DNA from: Candidatus Saccharimonadia bacterium
Lineage (GTDB): Bacteria > Patescibacteriota > SICC01
Direction of reading: 5' to 3'
DNA length: 64,000 bases
Assembly: GCA_025449535.1 (NCBI GenBank)
Contig: JANWJF010000001.1
Span: 68,279 to 132,278, forward strand
Shown: positions 57,207 to 64,000 of the stretch, piece by piece
How the letters are laid out: each line of letters begins with the position of its first letter
Position numbering within the stretch: the stretch's first letter is position 1
Made by a program: the position numbers and the translations under genes
The notes under the pieces: model-generated
Database searches by the model: none
Told to the model about the DNA's origin: nothing
The model's input: only the letters and a program-made list of their open reading frames with translations

Positions 57207-57566
57207 CTACGCCTTGTAGACGCGGTAGCCTTCGTGGACTTTCTTCTTCACCTTGGTCCCGAAGTCGTCGCCAGCCTTCACCGACTTGACCGACTCATGG
57301 TCGACCTGGAGCGAATCGATCTTCTGTTCGTAGTCGAGTTCGCCACCCTCGATCCGGACGCTGTCGCCCACCTTGAGTCCCTTGCTCTTCTCGAGCTTGA
57401 TCACGGCGACCTTCAGCTGGTCGAAGTAGTGTGTGACCCGCCCAATCGGCTGCTCGACCTTCGGGGCCTTGGCAGCGGCCTTCTTGGCCGGGACCTTGGA
57501 CGCCTTCTTCACCGGCTTCTTCTTGGCCGGGACCTTCTTGGTAGCTGGTTTCTTCTTCGGAGGCAT
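57207..57566 (-). CDS. EF-Tu domain II-like beta-barrel protein with histone-H1-like Lys/Ala/Pro N-tail
   Basis: IGRVTHYF, LKVGD, SLQVDH; 18-bp direct repeat at 57480-57497 and 57519-57536 encoding KVPAKK. Confidence 0.8.
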   Translation of the reverse strand: MPPKKKPATKKVPAKKKPVKKASKVPAKKAAAKAPKVEQPIGRVTHYFDQLKVAVIKLEKSKGLKVGDSVRIEGGELDYEQKIDSLQVDHESVKSVKAGDDFGTKVKKKVHEGYRVYKA

Positions 57567-57665
57567 CGTGCCTCGATTGTGCTACCGGGGGGTCGATATG
57601 GCAAGCGGCGGGTTTGGGCAATACGCCATTGACGGGCGTCACGCGTCGGCTAGCATGCCTCCGCG

Positions 57666-57821
57666 ATGCCTGCCAAGAAGCCACAGCGCACCAAGGGACG
57701 CAGCGCCTACTCACAGGCGCTGAACGAGGTGTTCGACATCTTCGGCGGCCTGATGGATCCGCCGGAATGGCGTCCGAACTGGAAGTCGAAGCGCCCGGCC
57801 AAGACGCGGAAGCAGCGCTGA
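57666..57821 (+). CDS. Small basic protein (51 aa, not in ORF track)
   Basis: MPAKKPQRTKGRSAYSQALNEVFDIFGGLMDPPEWRPNWKSKRPAKTRKQR; TTGACG-N16-TAGCAT upstream, hairpin downstream. Confidence 0.55.
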   Translation: MPAKKPQRTKGRSAYSQALNEVFDIFGGLMDPPEWRPNWKSKRPAKTRKQR

Positions 57822-57838
57822 ACCCCTGCGACAAAGCA

Positions 57839-57864
57839 AAACCGGCGCCCGAGGGCGCCGGTTT
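57839..57864. terminator. Bidirectional terminator
   Basis: AAACCGGCGCCC-GA-GGGCGCCGGTTT between convergent small genes. Confidence 0.7.
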
Positions 57865-57882
57865 CAAAGTCGCGGGGACAGG

Positions 57883-58038
57883 TTACTTCATCTGTCCGAT
57901 CTTGAAGATCTTCGTGCCGCAGTCCGGGCAGAGCCCCTGGACAGCCGGCCGGCCGTTCTTCATCGTGATCTGCTTCGCGTCCTTGATCTCAACCTTCTTA
58001 CGCTCTTTGACACAGTATCCTTCGTTAACTTCGGCCAT
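57883..58038 (-). CDS. DUF5679 family small zinc-ribbon-like protein (not in ORF track)
   Basis: MAEVNEGYCVKERKKVEIKDAKQITMKNGRPAVQGLCPDCGTKIFKIGQMK; AGGAGG RBS. Confidence 0.85.
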   Translation of the reverse strand: MAEVNEGYCVKERKKVEIKDAKQITMKNGRPAVQGLCPDCGTKIFKIGQMK

Positions 58039-58152
58039 GTGCTCCTCCTTCTTTTAGAGGTTACTTTTACGACAGCCCAGAGTATGGCACGCCTGCCTGG
58101 AGCCTGCAAGTGCGTAGGCGTAAAGTGTTGTGAGTTCTTACAAAGACCACTT

Positions 58153-58228
58153 CTGTCATTCCGAGCAACGCGAGGAATCTAAGGAACCAGCCGATTTCCC
58201 AGATCCCTCGCTCCGCTCGGAACGACAG
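58153..58228. repeat. REP/REPIN-like inverted doublet, copy A (gene-less)
   Basis: CTGTCATTCCGAGCAACGCGAGGAATCT-N20-AGATCCCTCGCTCCGCTCGGAACGACAG; arms match at 23 of 28 nt. Confidence 0.85.
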
Positions 58229-58244
58229 CAGACGCCGGGACCCT

Positions 58245-59657
58245 CTAGCGCTTCCGCAGGCGCGGACCCTGCGCGGTGTCCTCGACCGTCCAGCCGGCGC
58301 GCTCGATCTGCTTCCGCAAGCGGTCGGCCTCCGCGAAGTCGTCGCGCTGGCGGGTGACCTCGCGCTCTTCCGCCAGCTTGGCGACGTTCGCCGGTGCCGC
58401 CGGAGCCTCGAGCGTCAGCACGCCGAGCACGTCGTTCCAACCGCGAAGCGCCTCCAGTACCGCGGGCAGCTGGTCGGCGCCGAGTTCATCGCCGTCGATC
58501 AGGGCGTTGCCGTCGCGCACCAGATCGAAGACCGCGGCCACCGCCTCGGCCGTGTTGAGGTCGTCGTCCATCGCCGCCGCGAACCGCTCCTGCGTGTCCG
58601 TGATCAGCTTCGTGGCCGCCTCGGCATCCCCGGCCGTGTCCCCGCCGTGTTCGCCCAGCCGGTCATAGAAGCTTTGCAGCCGTTCGTAGCTCTCCTTGGC
58701 GCCCGCCAGGCTCTCCCAGGTGAAGTTCAGCTTGCTCCGATAGTGCGCCTGAACGAACAGCATCCGCAGATGCACCGGTTCGAACCCACGCTTCGCCACG
58801 TCCGCCAGCGTCAGCATGTTGCCTTCGGACTTCCCCATCCGCTTGCCGTCCACCAGCAGGTGCTCGCCGTGGACCCAGAAACGCGCCAGATCCTCCCCCG
58901 TCGCGGCCTTGGTCTGGGCGATCTCGTTCTCGTGGTGCGGAAAGGTCAGGTCCACGCCGCCGAAGTGGAGGTCTATCGGCAGCGCGCCGAGCTCGCCGGC
59001 CGCCATTGCCGAGCACTCGATGTGCCAGCCCGGCCGGCCGTGTCCCCACGGCGAGCGCCAGCCGATCGCGTCCTCCGGCTCAGCCTTCCAGAGCGCGAAG
59101 TCCTGCACGGACTCCTTGCCGTACTCGTCGTTGTCGATGCGATGCTTGGCCGTATCCTTCCCGAGCTCCAGCTTCTGCAGCGCGCCGTAGCCGTACCGTT
59201 CGTTGTACTTCGCCACGTCGAAGTAGACGCTGCCGTCCCGTTCATAGGCGAACCCGTTCTCCTGGATCCGCTCGATCAGCTTGATCATCCCGCCGATGTG
59301 CTCGGTGGCGTGCGGTGTCGCGCCCGGCCGTTCGACGCCGAGTCCTTCCAGGTCGGCGAAGAACCGCTCCTCGTGCGGCTTGGTGAACGCCTGGACGCCG
59401 CTCAGGTCCTTCGCCTGGCTGTCGCGCAGGATCTTGTCCTCGATGTCCGTGACGTTCATCACCGCCTGGACCTTCCAGCCGTGGCCGTGCTCCAGCCAAC
59501 GACGCAGGATGTCCGCGGAGACGTACGAGCGGAGGTTGCCGAGCTGGGCCGGGGCGTAGACGGTCGGACCGCAGACGTACATCGAGACCGCCTTCCCGCG
59601 CCCGAGCGCGAACGGTTCCTTTCGGCGGTTCAGCGTGTTGTAGAACCGGAGACCCAT
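58245..59657 (-). CDS. cysS: Cysteine--tRNA ligase
   Basis: YVCGPTVY, DFALWK, GRPGWHIECS, FPHHENE, RMGKS. Confidence 0.97.
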   Translation of the reverse strand: MGLRFYNTLNRRKEPFALGRGKAVSMYVCGPTVYAPAQLGNLRSYVSADILRRWLEHGHGWKVQAVMNVTDIEDKILRDSQAKDLSGVQAFTKPHEERFFADLEGLGVERPGATPHATEHIGGMIKLIERIQENGFAYERDGSVYFDVAKYNERYGYGALQKLELGKDTAKHRIDNDEYGKESVQDFALWKAEPEDAIGWRSPWGHGRPGWHIECSAMAAGELGALPIDLHFGGVDLTFPHHENEIAQTKAATGEDLARFWVHGEHLLVDGKRMGKSEGNMLTLADVAKRGFEPVHLRMLFVQAHYRSKLNFTWESLAGAKESYERLQSFYDRLGEHGGDTAGDAEAATKLITDTQERFAAAMDDDLNTAEAVAAVFDLVRDGNALIDGDELGADQLPAVLEALRGWNDVLGVLTLEAPAAPANVAKLAEEREVTRQRDDFAEADRLRKQIERAGWTVEDTAQGPRLRKR

Positions 59658-59710
59658 GGAACCAGCTTATCGCACCTATGCGCATCTTATTTAGCTAGCA
59701 AGTATACTAG

Positions 59711-60053
59711 TGTCATTCTGAGCGAAGCGAAGAACCTTGATGCATCGGTATTTCGTATACATCCTAAGCAACCACTCCCGGACGCTATACGTCGGTATAA
59801 CCAGCAATCTCGAGCGACGCCTATTTGAGCATAAGCACGGATTAGTCGAAGGCTTCACCAAGCGATACCGCATTAATCGCCTGGTGCGTTACGAAGAAAC
59901 CCACGACGTCCAGGAAGCAATCCGTCGGGAAAAACAAATCAAGGGATGGGTACGGCGCAAGAAAGTCGCCTTGATCGAGCGAGGTAATCCGCACTGGGAA
60001 GATTTGGCTGAGAGTTGGCAGCTGGATCCTTCGGCTGACGCCTCAGGATGACA
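59711..60053. mobile_element. GIY-YIG-carrying element bounded by inverted REP-like arms, copy B
   Basis: Left arm TGTCATTCTGAGCGAAGCGAAGAACC (59711-59736), right arm GGATCCTTCGGCTGACGCCTCAGGATGACA (60024-60053). Confidence 0.65.
59740..60051 (+). CDS. GIY-YIG nuclease (YhbQ/UPF0213-like)
   Basis: YFVYIL, LYVGIT, RR..EH, FTKRY, AIRREKQIKGW, NPHWEDL; stop codon lies in the right arm. Confidence 0.93.
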   Translation: MHRYFVYILSNHSRTLYVGITSNLERRLFEHKHGLVEGFTKRYRINRLVRYEETHDVQEAIRREKQIKGWVRRKKVALIERGNPHWEDLAESWQLDPSADASG

Positions 60054-60057
60054 ATGC

Positions 60058-60669
60058 TTAGAACTCCTGCCGGCCCTCGAGCGCCCGGGAAAGTGTTAGC
60101 TCGTCGGCGTATTCGACGTCGCCGCCCATTGGCAGTCCCGAGGCCAACCGCGTCACCTTCGGCACCAGCGGCTTGATCAGCTTCTGGATGTAGAGCGCCG
60201 TGGCCTCCCCTTCCAGGTTGGGGTTGGTGGCAATGATCACCTCAGTGATCCCGGCCTTGCCATCCACGTCCTTGAGCCGCTCGATCAGCTCGGCCACCTT
60301 GAGCTGCTCCGGCCCCACACCCTCGATGGGCGCGATCGCGCCGTGCAGTACGTGGTAGCGGCCCTTGAACGTGCCGGCTCGTTCGATCGCCACGATGTCC
60401 AGCGGATCCTCGACCACGCAGATCTGATGGTCGTCCCGGGAGGCCGAGGCACAGATCGCGCAGGTCTCCGACTCCGAGAAGTTGAAGCAGGTCCGGCAGT
60501 GCTGGATACCTTGCTTCAGCTCCAGTAACGAATTCCCGAGCGCGTCGACGTCCTGGTTGTCTGTCTTGATCAAGTAGAACGCCAGGCGCGAGGCCGACTT
60601 CGGCCCGATGCCCGGAAGCTTCTCCAGTTCCGTGATCAGGCGCTCGACGCTGGTGGGGATGATTTGCAC
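60058..60669 (-). CDS. recR: Recombination mediator RecR
   Basis: LPGIGPKSA, C4 zinc motif, CVVE, YHVLHG, EGEATA, EYADELTL; GTG start 6 nt after TACGAT (alternative ATG 60690). Confidence 0.97.
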   Translation of the reverse strand: MQIIPTSVERLITELEKLPGIGPKSASRLAFYLIKTDNQDVDALGNSLLELKQGIQHCRTCFNFSESETCAICASASRDDHQICVVEDPLDIVAIERAGTFKGRYHVLHGAIAPIEGVGPEQLKVAELIERLKDVDGKAGITEVIIATNPNLEGEATALYIQKLIKPLVPKVTRLASGLPMGGDVEYADELTLSRALEGRQEF

Positions 60670-60723
60670 GTCCGTATCGTACCGAGCCATCGGCGATAGC
60701 AAAAACAAGCGACCAAATGCAAA

Positions 60724-60753
60724 GCGGGCCCCCGATGAAGGTTGGGGGCCCGC
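60724..60753 (-). terminator. Intrinsic terminator of 60798-61298
   Basis: GCGGGCCCCC/GGGGGCCCGC stem followed by TTTGCATTT. Confidence 0.65.
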
Positions 60754-60797
60754 ACGGACCGAAAGTGAAATGTTTCGATCCGGTGAGAGGGTGGCGA

Positions 60798-61298
60798 CTA
60801 AGCCGGAACCAGGAAGTCGCCTTCTTTCTTGAAGCCGGGAGGCGGATCGCCGAGGTTGAATTCAAGTCCCATGACGTCCATGAGGTTGGCATCCGTGACC
60901 TGAGTGAACAGCCGGTCGAAGTAGGCCTGAAGCCCCGTCGCGGCGTGGGCGCCTCGGTAGAGGGAGGCCCAAGTCGACCCGTGGTAGATCGTGGCATGGG
61001 CGCCACGTTGCGCCAGCGGAATTTCGTGCGTCGACTTTTCGTGCTCCAGCGTCAGGCTGGCCTTGCTGTTGCGAATATGGGGGTAAGGGTGCTTGGAAAA
61101 GTCGAGGTCACCGATGGCTCGGTCGACGACGAGCAGGGGGTCGCCTTTCTTGGCGTTGTGCATGAACCGGTATAGCAGCCCATAGCGTTGCCCCGTCCAT
61201 CCTGCTTTGACCATGAGGTCGAACACGGGAATGGAGCGGTCAAGAGCCTCTTCGACCTGCTCCTTGGTCGGAGAAGGTACCTCAATCGCACTGCACAT
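60798..61298 (-). CDS. Hypothetical protein inserted between ybaB and recR
   Basis: AAGGAG RBS, own promoter and terminator; no recognised motif. Confidence 0.65.
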   Translation of the reverse strand: MCSAIEVPSPTKEQVEEALDRSIPVFDLMVKAGWTGQRYGLLYRFMHNAKKGDPLLVVDRAIGDLDFSKHPYPHIRNSKASLTLEHEKSTHEIPLAQRGAHATIYHGSTWASLYRGAHAATGLQAYFDRLFTQVTDANLMDVMGLEFNLGDPPPGFKKEGDFLVPA

Positions 61299-61414
61299 GG
61301 TTCACGCTCCTTTGCGTGTCGGAATCTAGGAATTAAGGTGTTGCGGTACTGCGGATGCTGCGTACGGCAAGTTGTGCTGATTGATAACGAAACGACCGCC
61401 ATCAATAGCCGCCT

Positions 61415-61443
61415 AGCATAGCCAAAAAATGCTGATTTGTCAA
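61415..61443 (-). promoter_or_regulatory. Sigma70-like promoter
   Basis: TTGACA-N17-TATGCT. Confidence 0.75.
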
Positions 61444-61449
61444 TCAGCA
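61424..61449 (-). terminator. ybaB terminator overlapping the next -35 box
   Basis: TGCTGATT-GACA-AATCAGCA then TTTTTT. Confidence 0.6.
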
Positions 61450-61472
61450 AAGGTAAAAATTGCTCTTCGGGG

Positions 61473-61784
61473 CTACATCCCCGGCAAGCCCATGCCGCCG
61501 GTGATGGCCTGCATCTTCTGGGCCGCGACCTGCTGCGACTGCTTGATCGCCTGGCTGATCGCGTTCTTGAGGTAGTTCTCAAGCTCCTTCTTGTTGCCCG
61601 GCTGGAGTAGCGACTCGTCGATGTGGATCTCCTCGAGCTGCTGTTCGCCGGTGAAGACGATCTTCACCTTGCCGTCGGCCTCCGTCACCTCGATCAGGGT
61701 GTCGCGGAGTTCCTTTTGGATCTTCTTAGCCTGCTTGGCGAACTCGCCGAGTTCCTTGGCCTGCTTCAACTTATCGAATGCCAT
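61473..61784 (-). CDS. ybaB: YbaB/EbfC nucleoid-associated protein
   Basis: QAKKIQKEL, GKVKIVFTG, I.ID..L, MQAITGGMGLPG; near recR. Confidence 0.93.
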   Translation of the reverse strand: MAFDKLKQAKELGEFAKQAKKIQKELRDTLIEVTEADGKVKIVFTGEQQLEEIHIDESLLQPGNKKELENYLKNAISQAIKQSQQVAAQKMQAITGGMGLPGM

Positions 61785-61803
61785 GTGTAGTAATTATCCT
61801 TAG

Positions 61804-61865
61804 TGTCATTCTGAACGAAGTGAAGAATCCGGTTTCTCAGATCCCTCGCATGCACTCGGGATGGC
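61804..61865. repeat. REP/REPIN-like inverted doublet, copy C (gene-less)
   Basis: TGTCATTCTGAACGAAGTGAAGAATCC-N8-AGATCCCTCGCATGCACTCGGGATGGC. Confidence 0.8.
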
Positions 61866-61967
61866 GCTGTGCGCCAGTTTTGTCGAATGCCATACCGATA
61901 TAGCGTACCGGTTCGGTAGCCCGAGGACCAGGCCTCGCACACTGCTGCACCTTTCCGCGAAAATCGG

Positions 61968-62381
61968 CTACGCGTACAGGTAGCGATACCGTTTGAACAC
62001 GCGCTGGACGGTCTCCAGATCTTCTTCGTTCGCGGTACCCCCCTCGGCCATCGCGGTTAAGGTCTTGGAAATCGTCTCGGCCAGGTCGCGCGGATCATTG
62101 GCTTCGACCTGAAGCGCCTGGAAGGCGATGTCACGGTCGAATCCGGGCGGCACGTCCGTCGGGATGATGCTGCCGTCATACAGGCTGTCGATGCATTCGG
62201 CGGTCGTGCGATAACAGGTCCGATCCGCGTCCGTGGCTGGCAGGCCTTGGTCCGCCCGTGCCAGGGCAACCACCATGTCCTCGACGTAGCCGCCGGAACG
62301 TTCCCGGGCTACATCGGCCGTCGCACCAGCAGACCCGCTGGCGTCCAGGATTTCTCCTCCAGCGCCGTCGGCGGCGGCCAT
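61968..62381 (-). CDS. Hypothetical acidic protein
   Basis: ATG 1 nt after the GT2 stop; no motif recognised. Confidence 0.55.
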   Translation of the reverse strand: MAAADGAGGEILDASGSAGATADVARERSGGYVEDMVVALARADQGLPATDADRTCYRTTAECIDSLYDGSIIPTDVPPGFDRDIAFQALQVEANDPRDLAETISKTLTAMAEGGTANEEDLETVQRVFKRYRYLYA

Positions 62382-62382
62382 C

Positions 62383-63147
62383 CTATCCCCTCCCCGGCAG
62401 TGAGGCGTACCGTCCGCGCACCAGGTTCATCCGAATCGCCGCGAGGTCGCGGAGCGTTCGGAAGGCGCTTCGGATCGGCCGCAGTCGTGTGCCCGGCGTG
62501 TCGTACCAGTTCACCGGGACTTCCGTCATCTCATAGCCGTAGTGACGGGCGATCGTCAACATCTCGATGTCGAAGCTGAAGCCCTCGCGGGTCATCGTCG
62601 GCGCAATCTCACGGGCGGCATCACGGGCCAGTAACTTGAATCCGCATTGGGTATCGATCACGCCCGGCAGGACCGCGTAGCGAATCAACCGGTTGCCCCA
62701 GCGAGAGATCCAGACCCGGTACCACGGCTGCTTGATCCGGATATCCGAACCCGGCAGATATCGCGAGCCGACCACGACCTGCGGGGCGCCCTTCTTCGTG
62801 GCAATCGCCAGCAGCTTCTCCACCTCGGAAACATGCGTGGAATTGTCCGCGTCCATGAACAGCACGAAGTCGCCGCGGGCGGCCAGGAGGCCCTCCTTCA
62901 CGGCGGCGCCCTTGCCACGGTTGCCTTCGAACCCGATCACCTTCGGCGGCATCCCCCGTCCCGGGACCTGCTTCGCTACCTTGGCGGTGCCGTCCGTGGA
63001 ACCGTCGTCGACCACGATCACCTCGGCGTCCAGGTCGGATACCTCGAGGTACTCGGCGATGGACGAGAGGGTCGCCGGCAGGCGGCGCCGCTCGTTGTAG
63101 GCCGGGATGACGATGGACAGCTTGGGGGTTCTCTTCGGAGGATTCAT
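62383..63147 (-). CDS. GT2 polyprenyl-phosphate beta-glucosyltransferase-like protein
   Basis: SIVIPAYNE, VDDGSTD, NRGKG, DAD, GSR, DTQCGFK, FDIE. Confidence 0.93.
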   Translation of the reverse strand: MNPPKRTPKLSIVIPAYNERRRLPATLSSIAEYLEVSDLDAEVIVVDDGSTDGTAKVAKQVPGRGMPPKVIGFEGNRGKGAAVKEGLLAARGDFVLFMDADNSTHVSEVEKLLAIATKKGAPQVVVGSRYLPGSDIRIKQPWYRVWISRWGNRLIRYAVLPGVIDTQCGFKLLARDAAREIAPTMTREGFSFDIEMLTIARHYGYEMTEVPVNWYDTPGTRLRPIRSAFRTLRDLAAIRMNLVRGRYASLPGRG

Positions 63148-63223
63148 CGCGGGAAATAAAAACGCGCAGCCGTTTTCGTTTGCGCATCGTCACGCTACCG
63201 GAGTTTCGACCGGCTGTGAAGTC

Positions 63224-64000
63224 CTAGCTCGGGTCCATCGAATTGGGCGGTCCGCCCGCCTGGGGGCCGTCGCCCGGCGCCGGTCCGGCGTTGGCGTGCT
63301 TCTCGAGGTCGGTGAACTTCTGCCGGTCCGCCGAGAAGAACAGCTCGCACTGGCCGGTGGGGCCGTTCCGATGCTTCTTGATCAGGATGTCGGCCACGTT
63401 CGGCCGGTCCGAGTCCTTGCGGTAGTAGTCGTCGCGATAGATGAACATCACCACGTCCGCGTCCTGCTCGATGGAACCGGATTCGCGAAGGTCGGCCAGC
63501 TGCGGGACGTTGCCCGGACGCTTCTCGACTTCGCGGGAGAGCTGAGAGAGCGCCACTACCGGGATCTTTAGCTCGCGGGCCAGTCCCTTGAGCGACCGGG
63601 AGATCTCGGAGATCTCCTGCACCCGGTTGTCGGCGCCGCGGTTCTTGGCCGAGCCTTCCATCAGTTGGAGGTAGTCGACGATCAGCAGGTCGAGTCCCTG
63701 CTCCGCCTGGAGTCGCCGCGCCCGGGCGCGCATCTCCATCACGGACAGCTGCGCGTCGTCGTCGACGTAGAGCTTGGCCGAGGCCAGGCTGTCCATGGCC
63801 GTCGCCAGCTTCGGGAAGTCGCGCTCGGCCAAGTGGCCGGTGCGGAGCTTCCAGGCATCGACGCCGGCCTCGAGCACCAGGAGGCGGTCGACCAGCTGCT
63901 CCTTGGACATTTCCAGGGAGAACATGCCGACGCTGACCCGGGACTGCACCGCGGCGTTCCGGGCGATGTTCAGCGCCAAGGCGGTCTTACCCATCGAGGG
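63224..64000 (-). CDS. dnaB: Replicative DNA helicase, 3' part
   Basis: PSMGKT, FSLEM, VDYLQL, LSQLSR, DLRESGSIEQDAD, KHRNGPTG; runs off the window. Confidence 0.98.
   Translation of the reverse strand, partial: PSMGKTALALNIARNAAVQSRVSVGMFSLEMSKEQLVDRLLVLEAGVDAWKLRTGHLAERDFPKLATAMDSLASAKLYVDDDAQLSVMEMRARARRLQAEQGLDLLIVDYLQLMEGSAKNRGADNRVQEISEISRSLKGLARELKIPVVALSQLSREVEKRPGNVPQLADLRESGSIEQDADVVMFIYRDDYYRKDSDRPNVADILIKKHRNGPTGQCELFFSADRQKFTDLEKHANAGPAPGDGPQAGGPPNSMDPS

Noticed and set aside
57614-58057. 147-aa plus-strand ORF
   Set aside because: Spans a terminator and lies antisense to DUF5679; two small convergent genes explain the region better
58153-61865. Repeats as a CRISPR array or tRNA-like genes
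   Set aside because: They are dispersed inverted doublets, not regularly spaced direct repeats; no cas genes and no cloverleaf

Overview
High-GC chromosomal segment using genetic code 11. Gene content points to a Patescibacteria/CPR bacterium (inference from a sigma-R4/HARE-HTH protein, a VirD4/TrwB-like ATPase, alpha2-type GlyRS, heliorhodopsin and many apparently leaderless genes). It carries tRNA-Ala(CGC), tRNA-Gln(TTG), a dcw cluster, glyQS, recO, nnrD, typA, msrA, cysS, recR, ybaB, the 3' part of dnaB, and small AT-richer islets (a two-HTH plus membrane-anchored module, a NYN RNase, a BcgI-like R-M pair). The strongest signals are: (1) a GIY-YIG nuclease gene sitting inside a pair of inverted, structurally conserved hairpin arms, with two nearby gene-less copies of the same element, one of them flanked by a duplicated ybaB start; (2) a remodelled dcw cluster with no murE, a 29-codon translationally coupled scar where murD belongs, an Mpl-like ligase in the murC slot and a MurB homologue lacking catalytic motifs; (3) several candidate structured RNAs (mraZ-rsmH spacer, NYN leader, a 101-nt rod, a promoter-terminator sRNA). 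All calls come from reading the sequence; no database search was run.
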